From Candidatus Altiarchaeales archaeon (GTDB lineage Archaea > Altiarchaeota > Altiarchaeia > IMC4 > SCGC-AAA252-I15), in contig WJMO01000010.1 in the NCBI GenBank assembly GCA_014727915.1, positions 1-48,168 of the forward strand: a DNA stretch of 48,168 nt, in the 5' to 3' direction. Both the position numbers and the translations under genes were made by a program. Of this stretch, positions 1 through 9,181 are shown one piece after another (position 1 is the stretch's first letter; each line of letters opens with the position of its first letter). Under the pieces are notes generated by a model. It had not been told where the DNA came from and did no database searches. It worked only from the letters and a program-made list of their open reading frames with translations.

Positions 1-201
1 ACCCTGATCTACACCAAGGGGGACATAGGATTCGCGCCGGCCATGGGCATCATATTCCTCATGTTCCTATGCATAATACTGTTGGCGGCGCTGATGAGCC
101 TGAGCATCTGGAGGCACGAGAACAAGCACCTGGACGAGCTCATCAACATAGAGAAGGAGGACATGGGAGAGGATCCGCCAAGGGGCACCCCCCTAGTATA
201 A
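1..201 (+). CDS. 3' end of a membrane protein (partial, truncated by window edge)
   Basis: Frame 1 is open from base 1 to TAA at 199-201: TLIYTKGDIGFAPAMGIIFLMFLCIILLAALMSLSIWRHENKHLDELINIEKEDMGEDPPRGTPLV; one TM helix followed by a charged tail. Not in the ORF track. Confidence 0.7.
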   Translation, partial: TLIYTKGDIGFAPAMGIIFLMFLCIILLAALMSLSIWRHENKHLDELINIEKEDMGEDPPRGTPLV

Positions 202-243
202 ACTATTCCTAAAAAATCAAAACAGTTTAAACTTTTCTTTAAA

Positions 244-1512
244 CTATTTAAGCCACTTTTCCAGCGCCATCTTCAGCTCCTTGTGGCTCTGAGCCTGCTC
301 TTGCAGGGATTTGTCCTCCATGACCGCGTCCACGGCCTGGCGTGCGGCGGTCGCTCCCGCCCGGGTGCCCTTGGGGTGGCCGTGTATGCCCCCGCCCATC
401 TGGATTATGATGTCATGTCCCATGATGTCCATGAGCCTGTCCACGTGGCCTGGGTGCAGTCCACCGCTTGAAACGGGAAACACCGGCTTCATCCCATGCC
501 AGTTCTGGTCCAGCCGATCCACGCCATCGGAGACCTCGTCGTAGGTAATCTCCTCCCTTATGCTGACGACTTCCTGGGCGGGGCCTTCCATCTTGCCGAC
601 TGCCGTCCCTATGTGCAGCTGGTCCACGCCAACGAGCCTGCATAGTTTCGCCAAAGCGAGCATGGTAAGACCGTGCTGTTTGTTCCTCGTTATCGCCGCG
701 TGCATGGCACGGTGCCCGTGCAACACCAGAGACAGGCCCGCGTCACGTACGGTCTGCAAGCTGCTGAAGCCTAATGTTACAACGTCGACCATCGCATACC
801 TGCCCCCGTGGTCCTTCACGTACTCCATCCTACGGAGCATCTCCTTAGACTCGGCGGTTATGTTGGCCATGTAAACCTTGTTCTCTCCGGTCTCCTGCTC
901 GGCCTTGTTCCGGGCCTCGATAGTCTCCATCACCCTCTCATCGAAGCGGTTGAAGGACTGGTTGGTTAGGTTCTCGTCGTCTTTGACTATGTCGCAGCCG
1001 CCAACCCACGCCTCGTAGGCTACATCCGCGTGCTCCTTGGGGCTTAACCCCACCTTGGGCTTAACGATGGTTCCGACGAGCGGCCGCTCCTTGACGTATA
1101 CCACGTCCCGGACGCCCTCGATCCCATAGTGCGGCCCCTTGAATGATCGTATATACTTTTCAGGCATTGTGAAGTCGAGCAGCCGCAAGTTGTTGACCGC
1201 CTTCATCCCGTAGATGTTCCCCGCTATGCTGGAGAGCAACTGTGGGACGCTGCCCAGCTCGAACAAGCCCAGGGGATAGGCTATCTTGACCTGGTGATTC
1301 TCCTCGTCGAGGTCGTAGATGTGGGGCTGAAGCAGCTTACGGATATCATCCTTCATTGTTACGACATCGGTCCAAGTGCCTATGCTGGACTCCGCCGTGA
1401 CATGAACGGCAGCCTTCTCCAAAGTGAGGCCCCCCGCAGGCTCAACGTAGAAGAGGCAGTTAAGGTCGTCCTTTCCGGGGGTGTAGTCAAGGTCAACATA
1501 TCCGGAAGCCAT
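244..1512 (-). CDS. rbcL: Form III ribulose-1,5-bisphosphate carboxylase (RuBisCO)
   Basis: AESSIGTW, IVKPKVGL, GGCDIVKDDE (carbamylated Lys motif), HGHRAMH, GKMEG (loop 6), SGGLHPG, GGGIHGHP. Start taken at ATG 1512 (track start 1521). Confidence 0.95.
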   Translation of the reverse strand: MASGYVDLDYTPGKDDLNCLFYVEPAGGLTLEKAAVHVTAESSIGTWTDVVTMKDDIRKLLQPHIYDLDEENHQVKIAYPLGLFELGSVPQLLSSIAGNIYGMKAVNNLRLLDFTMPEKYIRSFKGPHYGIEGVRDVVYVKERPLVGTIVKPKVGLSPKEHADVAYEAWVGGCDIVKDDENLTNQSFNRFDERVMETIEARNKAEQETGENKVYMANITAESKEMLRRMEYVKDHGGRYAMVDVVTLGFSSLQTVRDAGLSLVLHGHRAMHAAITRNKQHGLTMLALAKLCRLVGVDQLHIGTAVGKMEGPAQEVVSIREEITYDEVSDGVDRLDQNWHGMKPVFPVSSGGLHPGHVDRLMDIMGHDIIIQMGGGIHGHPKGTRAGATAARQAVDAVMEDKSLQEQAQSHKELKMALEKWLK

Positions 1513-1534
1513 AGGATACAATTACCAGCAGACC

Positions 1535-1551
1535 CTAATAAAGCTTATTGG
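1535..1551 (-). promoter_or_regulatory. Putative TATA box of rbcL inside a short palindrome (AATAA-AGC-TTATT)
   Basis: Minus strand reads TTTATTA about 24-30 nt upstream of ATG 1512, the spacing expected for a leaderless archaeal transcript. Confidence 0.4.
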
Positions 1552-1573
1552 TTGATACTTCCCAGAATATAGT

Positions 1574-2818
1574 ATGCCAGAAAGGCGCGTATACCTTATC
1601 CCGGAGGAGAAAACAGGGAAAGACGCGGTTGAGGTGGGGGAAGACGGTCTGAAGTACTTCGACCAGCACCGGATGGTGCGGTTAGGGAAGGTGCCAGTAG
1701 GGTGCGAGCTTATAGGCAGGACCTCGGAGGAGATAGGGGAGATGAAGAGGAGACCGGGCGCCAGGGTCGTTGTGGACGCGGGGGACGTGAGGGAAGTCTA
1801 CGACGCCAAAGTCCTCCCAGTCCAGGATGACGCCATAGCCTTCGACCTGATGACCGGGAAATCCAGGGAGGGTTTCGAGAGAATGGAGGAGATGACGTTG
1901 AATGAGCTGTCACGTTTCCTGCATCCCAACTCTGATTTCCTGAGGGAATGGAGGTACCAGCACAGGGTAGACCATAGTGTGTTGAGGGGATTAAGCCGGA
2001 TTTTCAGGAATTCCAGGAACTGGGACGGTCTGAACCTTGGTCTAGCGCGGATGACGCCCGAGGAGTCTCTGTTCATGCTGGCGTTCATGAGGAGGTGCAG
2101 GGAACCGCCGAGTGTCATGTCAGAGAGGGTGAGTTACAGGGTTGGCGGGCTGGACGGGCCGACAGTCGATAGAGTATTGGGTGTTGTGGGGGCTAGGAAC
2201 GAGTACCTAGGCGGGGAAGGCAGAGAAGAGGTTGTTTTGGGGGTTGCAGACGACCTCCAAGGCCCGAAGGTGATGGGCCAAAGGCGAGTTGAGAGGGACC
2301 TTGACATGCTGTCTTCTTGGTGGACGCGGAGGAGAGTCCGCGCATCAGGCAGGCTGTACCTACACTACTGGGCGCTGACGAAGATCGCAGGCCCCCCCAA
2401 TGATAAGCCCGTTGACAGGCTGCTGCCGGCCCTCAAAGACAGGAACAAGGACGTAAGAGCCAACGTAGCAGCTGTGCTGGGTTTCCTGGAGGCGGACGAG
2501 GCGATACGTGCGTTGGCGCATGTGGTCGAAAATGACAGTGAAGAGCATGTGCGTTGGAGCGCGGCCGACTCGCTCGGGGCGATAAACAACAAGGACACCA
2601 TACCTCCGTTGCTGAAGGCGGTGGATGATGATTCCCCGGCTGTGCGCAACAGCGTTGTGACGGCACTGAGGCACAAGATAGAAACCCAGGAATTGTCTGG
2701 GGCGGCTGAAAGGCAGATAGACGAGTCCCTAACGGCAAGAAGGCCGGAAGAGGCGTCCGGGCACGTGAAAAAACTCATAGAAGAGACGCTAACCAAACTG
2801 CACAAAAGGAAAGGATGA
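1574..2818 (+). CDS. HEAT (PBS lyase-like) repeat protein with unknown N-terminal domain
   Basis: C-terminal repeats LLPALKDRNKDVRANVAAVLG, ALAHVVENDSEEHVRWSAADSLG, LLKAVDDDSPAVRNSVVTAL. Confidence 0.8.
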   Translation: MPERRVYLIPEEKTGKDAVEVGEDGLKYFDQHRMVRLGKVPVGCELIGRTSEEIGEMKRRPGARVVVDAGDVREVYDAKVLPVQDDAIAFDLMTGKSREGFERMEEMTLNELSRFLHPNSDFLREWRYQHRVDHSVLRGLSRIFRNSRNWDGLNLGLARMTPEESLFMLAFMRRCREPPSVMSERVSYRVGGLDGPTVDRVLGVVGARNEYLGGEGREEVVLGVADDLQGPKVMGQRRVERDLDMLSSWWTRRRVRASGRLYLHYWALTKIAGPPNDKPVDRLLPALKDRNKDVRANVAAVLGFLEADEAIRALAHVVENDSEEHVRWSAADSLGAINNKDTIPPLLKAVDDDSPAVRNSVVTALRHKIETQELSGAAERQIDESLTARRPEEASGHVKKLIEETLTKLHKRKG

Positions 2819-2819
2819 G

Positions 2820-4511
2820 ATGATGGCATCAACAAAGTATTCGAGGAAGGGTGAGAGGTTCATACTCATAAACAGGCGCAAGGAGGGAGAGCCGGTCTCC
2901 GCAGTGGAGCTGAGAGAGGTGAGGGTAGATTCTGAGGGGGGTCTTGTGAGGAGCATCGGCGCCAGGAACCTGGTGGAATCCGTTCACGTGGAAGGCGAGC
3001 CCGAGATCGTGGGGAGGGATATCAAGGGAGCCGACATCAACCCGCTGGTTTTGGGCGAGCGCCTCGCATCCGACGAGGCTCCGCGTGTCGTCAGAGTCCC
3101 CAGGTCAGGGGGACTTGAAGTGTACAGGATAGGCGAATTGGACCTCACGAGCATGCTGGAGCGGGACCGGGCATTGGACCACGGCGAGGAACGGCTGAGG
3201 CAGGGCCTGCTATACCACCTTGACGAGCACAGGAGGCATATGGGGGATACCCCACCAAGGCAGGACAGCTACTTGAGGGTTCAAGAGGCTCTGAAGCCGG
3301 GTAGCAGGGAGGTGATTTTGGGCAGATTGTCTGGTCTGACCGTCTGGGACAGCGCGCTGCTTGTAGAGGTTTTGAACGAGAACCCTGGCCTCCGGAGGAC
3401 TGGAGGCAGGAGTTTATTGAGTGACATGCGTTCGCTGCTGAGGTTCAACATAGCGGGAAGGGAAGAGCTGGCAGGCCTGCAGTCTGGTTCGCTGCAGGGT
3501 TCGACACCTGGGGAGGGAGGCGAAGTCTCGACTCCGGTGCACAGGTTCCAGCTCTCACAGCAGGAGCTCGAGGAAAGGTTCAACAGAGTCAGGGGAGTGA
3601 AAAGGCCAACCGGCGAATCCGAAAGCTGGTGGAGGAACGCAACAACATTGGAACGTAGAAAAGCCTACTCCCAGTCTTGGCAGGTGAATCCTGGCAGAAG
3701 AGGGGACATGGTGAGGGCGATGGGGGAGATACTCAACCACTACCGGTTCACAGGCCAGGTGGTCGACCACTCCAGGGAAGAGCACCAGGAGGACATCATA
3801 GCCCTGATAGACCACCCGAGCAGCACGATACGACAGTGTGCTGCCATATCAGCCGGGAGTCTGGGACTCTCAAGCGCGGTGGATTCATTGATCGGGAGGA
3901 TAGACGACCCGGATGAAGAGGATGAGGTCGTGTTCCACAGCATCCGCGCGGTCGGGAGGATAGGGCTGAGTCGGCGTGAGCCCATGCAGGAGCGGGATGT
4001 TAGGGCAGTCCCTCATCTCATGCGCTTCATCCAGATGGACCAGCCCCGCAACATTAGAGAGGCTGCCGTTGATGCATTAACCAGCATAGGAGGGGACGCA
4101 GCCTACGAGATACTGGATCATCGCATGAGGAGCACCATAGACCCTGAAACAGACCCGTTCATAAGGGAGATTATGACTGAAGGCTGCATAGAGCACCTGG
4201 ACAGGGTCTTGGACAGGGACAGCGCAACACCAGAGGATAGGATAGACGCTGTGCGAAGGCTCACAAAGATAGGGATGTCATCCGAAGGCGGTAGAATGCC
4301 ATACAGTGAGAGAGTATACCTGCTGCTCAAGCACTACCTACCGCCAGCAGAGACAGAGCACATAAGGGATGAGACAGGCCACAGGAGAGTAATACCCCGG
4401 ACCAGGCTGACCGACGCAGCCTACGGGGAATTCAGGGTTCCGGCGAAGCCGTTGCCGACGGAAGTGCAGGACGCTATCAGAGAGGCGTGCAGGAAGCTGG
4501 CAGCAGTCTAG
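2820..4511 (+). CDS. HEAT repeat protein with unknown N-terminal domain
   Basis: IIALIDHPSSTIRQCAAISAGSLG, VVFHSIRAVGRIG, NIREAAVDALTSIG; starts 2 nt after the previous stop codon. Confidence 0.75.
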   Translation: MMASTKYSRKGERFILINRRKEGEPVSAVELREVRVDSEGGLVRSIGARNLVESVHVEGEPEIVGRDIKGADINPLVLGERLASDEAPRVVRVPRSGGLEVYRIGELDLTSMLERDRALDHGEERLRQGLLYHLDEHRRHMGDTPPRQDSYLRVQEALKPGSREVILGRLSGLTVWDSALLVEVLNENPGLRRTGGRSLLSDMRSLLRFNIAGREELAGLQSGSLQGSTPGEGGEVSTPVHRFQLSQQELEERFNRVRGVKRPTGESESWWRNATTLERRKAYSQSWQVNPGRRGDMVRAMGEILNHYRFTGQVVDHSREEHQEDIIALIDHPSSTIRQCAAISAGSLGLSSAVDSLIGRIDDPDEEDEVVFHSIRAVGRIGLSRREPMQERDVRAVPHLMRFIQMDQPRNIREAAVDALTSIGGDAAYEILDHRMRSTIDPETDPFIREIMTEGCIEHLDRVLDRDSATPEDRIDAVRRLTKIGMSSEGGRMPYSERVYLLLKHYLPPAETEHIRDETGHRRVIPRTRLTDAAYGEFRVPAKPLPTEVQDAIREACRKLAAV

Positions 4512-5092
4512 AGCTTGCCTTTAGTGCTGGGTATTCCATCACCGACCACAGCGGCAGATTCCTTCAACGCTTTAGCCAGCGCCTTAAAGGTTGCCTCGAC
4601 CTTGTGGTGGTCGTTCTTGCCCTCGACCTTGACGTTAAGGTTGAACCTGCCGTTCAAAGCGAAGGACTCTAGAAGGTGTTCGATGTTCTCCTTGCTCACG
4701 TCACCCACCTTCCGCTCCTCGAACTCGCTGAATGGAAGTTCCACGACCGCATATGGCCTGCCCGAGAGGTCAACCGAGACTTCGGCTTTCGAATCGTCCA
4801 TTGGAACTATAGAATGGGACATCCTCGCGATCCCCTTCTTGTCGCCAAGGGCTTTGAGGAACGCCTCGCCCAGGACTATGCCTATGTCCTCGACCAGGTG
4901 GTGGTCGTCGACTTCCACGTCACCCTCTGCTTTGACCTTCAGGTCGAAACCCGAGTGTTTGCTGAAGGATTCGAGCATGTGATCCAGGAACTTCAGCGGG
5001 GTCTCAACGTCGGACTTGCCTTTGCCGTCCAGGTTCAACTCCAACGTTATTTCCGTCTCCTTAGTCTTCCTCTCGACCTTGGCAGCTCTCAT
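4508..5092 (-). CDS. hisB: Imidazoleglycerol-phosphate dehydratase (monofunctional)
   Basis: RKTKET, FLDHML, DDHHLVEDIGI, PMDD, NDHHKVEATFKA, PSTKG. Confidence 0.97.
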   Translation of the reverse strand: MRAAKVERKTKETEITLELNLDGKGKSDVETPLKFLDHMLESFSKHSGFDLKVKAEGDVEVDDHHLVEDIGIVLGEAFLKALGDKKGIARMSHSIVPMDDSKAEVSVDLSGRPYAVVELPFSEFEERKVGDVSKENIEHLLESFALNGRFNLNVKVEGKNDHHKVEATFKALAKALKESAAVVGDGIPSTKGKL

Positions 5093-5147
5093 CTTAACCC
5101 ATTAAAGGATTGGAATGGGAGGATTATAAAGGGTGAAAGGGGTGCTT

Positions 5148-5423
5148 TCAATCCAGTAGCTTCTTTATCTTCTCCACTTCCCTCGAGGTCTTCTTCCGCA
5201 TGACCTTCACGGTCCAGTAGAGGACGAGGACCTTCCATATTCGGCGTATGAAGTAGACTATGAACACGAACAGTATTATCAGGGGGAGCAGGAATATGAG
5301 GCTCAGGCCGAAAAGGAAGTAGAGGGGGATAGAGACAAGTATGCTGCCTATAAGGTCCTTCCGGTTGGGCATGAAAACCCGCTTAAAAGCGTCAAAAAGT
5401 TTCCTAATGATAGCGAATATCAT
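5148..5423 (-). CDS. Small membrane protein
   Basis: 91 aa, two hydrophobic segments, basic tail; 4-nt overlap with the upstream gene. Confidence 0.65.
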   Translation of the reverse strand: MIFAIIRKLFDAFKRVFMPNRKDLIGSILVSIPLYFLFGLSLIFLLPLIILFVFIVYFIRRIWKVLVLYWTVKVMRKKTSREVEKIKKLLD

Positions 5424-6271
5424 CGTAAACTATTGGCTAGCACCTTAAATAATTCACGGTTGCCAGCGCCTAGAAACTGGGTGTTAAGAGAAGGGTCGAG
5501 GGGCAGTTTCTCGGGTATCTTATCCTTTCCATACTCGATGACCGCCCCGGACTCGCTGCACAGGAGAAGCCCCGCGGCGATGTCGTAGGTCTTGGGCGTG
5601 GCGTCGAATCCGCTGGCAGCCCTCAGCTCGCACATCAGGTCGACCCGCCCGCATGCGAGGTAGGCGAGCTCCAACGCCGTCGAACCATAGCATTTCACCC
5701 ACACATCCCGCTCCTGGCGCTCGGCCAAACCACCAAGGTTAGACATCACGTCAGAGTATATGGGCAGGGAAGACGCGAAATGGGCGCCGACCTCCGCAAC
5801 CGCATCCTTCAAATTCTTCTTGGAAGACGGGGAGATGAGTTCTCCGTTGAGTTTCGCTCCCTTGCCACGGACCGCGGTGAACTCCTCGTCGGCGTCGAAA
5901 CGCTCAACCACAGCGCACAGGGCATCAGAAAGTTCCGAGGCGCCTATGTCATAGACTGCGATAGAACAGCAGTAGAATGGGAGGTTCCTCCTCGCGTTCC
6001 GCGAGCCGTCCAAGGGGTCGATGAGAAAGATGAACTCGGGGTCCTCTCCGTAGTCTATGATGCCGCGGTCTTCGGTCATCACCCTGCACGGAAGATCCGA
6101 TTCCTTGAAGAATCGCTCGACCTCGTCCTCTATTGGAACGTCGACTTCGAAGGTCGCGTCTCCCGTGACGCCGTAGTTGTCCTCGCCGTCTATGAATTTT
6201 CCCGAGTTCTCTCGGGCAATCACCTTCAGCCCCCGGGCCAGCTCCAACGCAACATCCAACGCCTCATCCAT
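5420..6271 (-). CDS. Inositol monophosphatase / FBPase family phosphatase
   Basis: TED, FLIDPLDGSRN, GSTALELAYLACG, YDIAAG motifs; start at ATG 6271 (MDEALD). Confidence 0.9.
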   Translation of the reverse strand: MDEALDVALELARGLKVIARENSGKFIDGEDNYGVTGDATFEVDVPIEDEVERFFKESDLPCRVMTEDRGIIDYGEDPEFIFLIDPLDGSRNARRNLPFYCCSIAVYDIGASELSDALCAVVERFDADEEFTAVRGKGAKLNGELISPSSKKNLKDAVAEVGAHFASSLPIYSDVMSNLGGLAERQERDVWVKCYGSTALELAYLACGRVDLMCELRAASGFDATPKTYDIAAGLLLCSESGAVIEYGKDKIPEKLPLDPSLNTQFLGAGNRELFKVLANSLR

Positions 6272-6965
6272 GGTAGTTATTGACACGAGTATAACTTAAA
6301 CGTTTGCGGAACCTCATGAGGACCCTCAGCAGGACCGGGCCAACCAGTGACATGAAGAACACGTTACCCACCGCCCGGGTGGTGTTGGCAACCATTCCCG
6401 CCGCCACGATGCCTGCGAAGGATTCGAGGGTATGGGCTGGTATGAACGCCATCCAAGAGAACAAATCGGTGAACACGCCATAGAGGTAGGCGACGACGAC
6501 CGAGTATGAAGCCAACAGGAGGATCTCATGCCTCCTAAACCTTGGCAGGAGGGACGCGAAGGCGCCCGCGAAACCCAAGCCGAACATCTGGAAGGGAGTC
6601 CACGGACCATGCCCTAGGAAGAAGTTTGACACGAACATGGTCAACGCTCCAACGGTGAAGCCGGGTGTGAAACCAAAGACGTAACCGGTGAGTATGACCA
6701 TGAAGAACACGGGGCTGAACTCCACCCCGTGAAGGAGCTGCCTGGAGGCGACAGTCAGAGCGACTATGACACCAACCAGGGCTATAATCCTGGAGTCGGC
6801 GTGCTTCTCCTCGAACTCCAGGAAGACCAGCAACACCACGAACAGGGAGGTAGACACCGCGTATATCATCCAGTTGACCTTAGCGCCCAATGGCAGGGAA
6901 GCGAGCACCAAGAGGAGCAACAACCAGAGTACAGCCCTCATAGCCTTAACCGTCAACGCCGCCAC
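6264..6965 (-). CDS. ECF transporter substrate-binding S component, CbrT (cobalamin)-like
   Basis: Multi-TM protein with SNFFLGHGPWTPFQM motif; overlaps the ECF ATPase gene; DUF4430-like gene divergently adjacent to the operon. Confidence 0.8.
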   Translation of the reverse strand: MAALTVKAMRAVLWLLLLLVLASLPLGAKVNWMIYAVSTSLFVVLLVFLEFEEKHADSRIIALVGVIVALTVASRQLLHGVEFSPVFFMVILTGYVFGFTPGFTVGALTMFVSNFFLGHGPWTPFQMFGLGFAGAFASLLPRFRRHEILLLASYSVVVAYLYGVFTDLFSWMAFIPAHTLESFAGIVAAGMVANTTRAVGNVFFMSLVGPVLLRVLMRFRKRLSYTRVNNYHG

Positions 6966-8299
6966 CCCCCCAAGTTGAACTCCCTCGAAGCCACCTCAGA
7001 GACCAAGCGCATGTCCTGGGTGACGACAATGACCGTTTTGGCGGAAGCCACCATGCCCCCGATAAGAGACGTGAGGGCAGCGGACGATTCCACGTCTATC
7101 CCGCGGGTTGGCTCGTCCAAGACCACCAGCTCCGGGTCGGCGACCATGACAGCCGCGAGAGCAACCCTCTGGCGCTCGCCAACGCTCAAGTCCCTCGGAT
7201 AGGAATCCCTGTAACGGGATATTTTGAAGGTCTCAAGAAGGCCGTCAACGTCGCCTTCAACCCCCTGATGATCCAATGTCAGCTTCAGCTCTTCCTCCAC
7301 GGTATCGCAGAAGAGCATGTCACCCGGGTTCTGGGGCAGGTACGCCACCCTGGAGGCGAGGGCCTCCACGCCAGCCTCAGCCGCATCCAAACCGAACACC
7401 CGAACAGAGCCTGAGGAAGGCCTGTGAAGACCGTTGAAGTGCTTCACCAGCGTTGTCTTGCCAGAGCCGTTCCTACCCGTTATCGCCAAGCACTCTCCCC
7501 TATGGACTTTGAGGTTCACGCCGTTGAGGGCCGGCCGGCCGCCGTAGCTGAAGCACAATCCCTCGACATCGACCACAACCTCCCCCGAAGGCTCCGAAGG
7601 CTTGAAGGTCTTCGGTTTGGAGGGTTTCATCTCGACCCTTGAGCGGGTGTCCATGTCAAAGACCCAGTCAACCCGTTCTAGCACTTCATCGATGTTATGC
7701 TCGACCAGCAATACCGTGATGCCCTCGCCGTTCAGGGATGATAATAGGTCGAAGAGTTCAATTCGGGATATTGGGTCCAGCTGGGAGGAGGGCTCGTCCA
7801 AGACGAGCACCCTCGGCTTCAAAGCCATCACCGAGGCCAGCACCACCTTCTGCTTCTCGCCGCCGGAGAGCTCGAAGGTCTTCCTATCGAGCAGGTGGCC
7901 TATGCCAAGGCGGTCGCATGCCCATGCTATCCTGTCCCGCATCTCCGGAACCGGCAGCATCTTGTTCTCCAAGCCGAAGGCTATCTCCGACTCGGCTGTG
8001 GACATTATGATCTGGTCCTCCGGGTCCTGGAAAACAAGGCCAACATGGGATGCCATCTCATTCACCGAATGGTATGCCGTTTCCAAGCCGTCAACGACCA
8101 CAGAACCTGATATCTCGCCGCCGTAGAACTCGGGTATCAGGCCGTTCAAAAGACGGCATAGTGTTGACTTCCCAGAGCCGGAAGACCCGGTTATGAGGAC
8201 GAACTCGCCCTCGCCGACGCTAAAGTCAAATCCTTCAAGCGCGTGTTCGACCATCCCAGGGTACCTGTATGATACTTTACTCAGTTCTACGGCTTTCAT
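6953..8299 (-). CDS. ecfA: ECF transporter ATPase with two fused ABC domains
   Basis: Two Walker A (GSSGSGKS, GRNGSGKT), signatures LSGGEKQ and LSVGERQ, Walker B LDEP twice, FQDPEDQ Q-loop. Confidence 0.93.
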   Translation of the reverse strand: MKAVELSKVSYRYPGMVEHALEGFDFSVGEGEFVLITGSSGSGKSTLCRLLNGLIPEFYGGEISGSVVVDGLETAYHSVNEMASHVGLVFQDPEDQIIMSTAESEIAFGLENKMLPVPEMRDRIAWACDRLGIGHLLDRKTFELSGGEKQKVVLASVMALKPRVLVLDEPSSQLDPISRIELFDLLSSLNGEGITVLLVEHNIDEVLERVDWVFDMDTRSRVEMKPSKPKTFKPSEPSGEVVVDVEGLCFSYGGRPALNGVNLKVHRGECLAITGRNGSGKTTLVKHFNGLHRPSSGSVRVFGLDAAEAGVEALASRVAYLPQNPGDMLFCDTVEEELKLTLDHQGVEGDVDGLLETFKISRYRDSYPRDLSVGERQRVALAAVMVADPELVVLDEPTRGIDVESSAALTSLIGGMVASAKTVIVVTQDMRLVSEVASREFNLGGWRR

Positions 8300-9152
8300 C
8301 TTCGAAGAGAGGCATCAAAAGTGGCATAAGGGGTAAGACCGCTATTGGTGAGAGTAGGGGAAGGTGTAGGGAGTCGTAGGGCCAGTAGTCCATGGCACCC
8401 GACATCTTGGCGTATATGGAGATGATAAAGCCAGACATAAAGGCTGTTGATATGGCCCTCTCAAGGCTGGTCCAGGCCTCATTCGAATACCTGGTCCTCT
8501 TCCCCGTGTATCCCCTGGAGACCATGGACTCGGAGAGTTTGAAGGACCGCTCCAAGGAGGTTACGATTGTTGGTATGAGCGTGCTCATGTGGTTACGTAT
8601 CCTCGTTGTCTTGGAGGCCGAGTTGAACCTGACGCCCCTGGATGCCTGGGCGTCCCTTATGGAGGAGTGGTCCCTGATGACGGACGGTATGAACCTCAGG
8701 GCTATGGAGATGGCAAGCGATAGGTTCCTGAACGTGGACGGTATTATGCGGAACATGGAATCCGGCGAGGTCATTGTGTTGAACAGTTGGAAGGCTGAGA
8801 ACATGTTGACTAGAAGCAAGGTCATGATGATCCCGGTCAACGAAGACTCCAATGTTATGTTCCCGCCGAAGATGATGACTGGGATGCGATGACCGTATAT
8901 CGTGAGATGTCGTGGGATCTCCACGAGGACCGTGTCGCCCAGGTGGATGAAGAAGACGTTGACTAACAGGGGTATGATGGACACCAGCAATGCGACCTTT
9001 AAGTATGATAGGATCGGCTGCCGCAACCATACAACCGACGATATGATAGCCGCGAAGAGGAGTAGCTGGTATAGGGGGTTGTAGGTGAGGACCGAGTAGA
9101 GCATAGCCAGCGCGAGCCAGAGGCCCCAGTTCACGGTGTTCATGTTCTCCAT
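8277..9152 (-). CDS. ecfT: ECF transporter transmembrane T component
   Basis: IALRFIP, AQASRG and SMVSRG coupling motifs. Confidence 0.9.
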   Translation of the reverse strand: MENMNTVNWGLWLALAMLYSVLTYNPLYQLLLFAAIISSVVWLRQPILSYLKVALLVSIIPLLVNVFFIHLGDTVLVEIPRHLTIYGHRIPVIIFGGNITLESSLTGIIMTLLLVNMFSAFQLFNTMTSPDSMFRIIPSTFRNLSLAISIALRFIPSVIRDHSSIRDAQASRGVRFNSASKTTRIRNHMSTLIPTIVTSLERSFKLSESMVSRGYTGKRTRYSNEAWTSLERAISTAFMSGFIISIYAKMSGAMDYWPYDSLHLPLLSPIAVLPLMPLLMPLFEDESRRTE

Positions 9153-9181
9153 TTTTATAGATGGAACGTGTGAATATAAAC

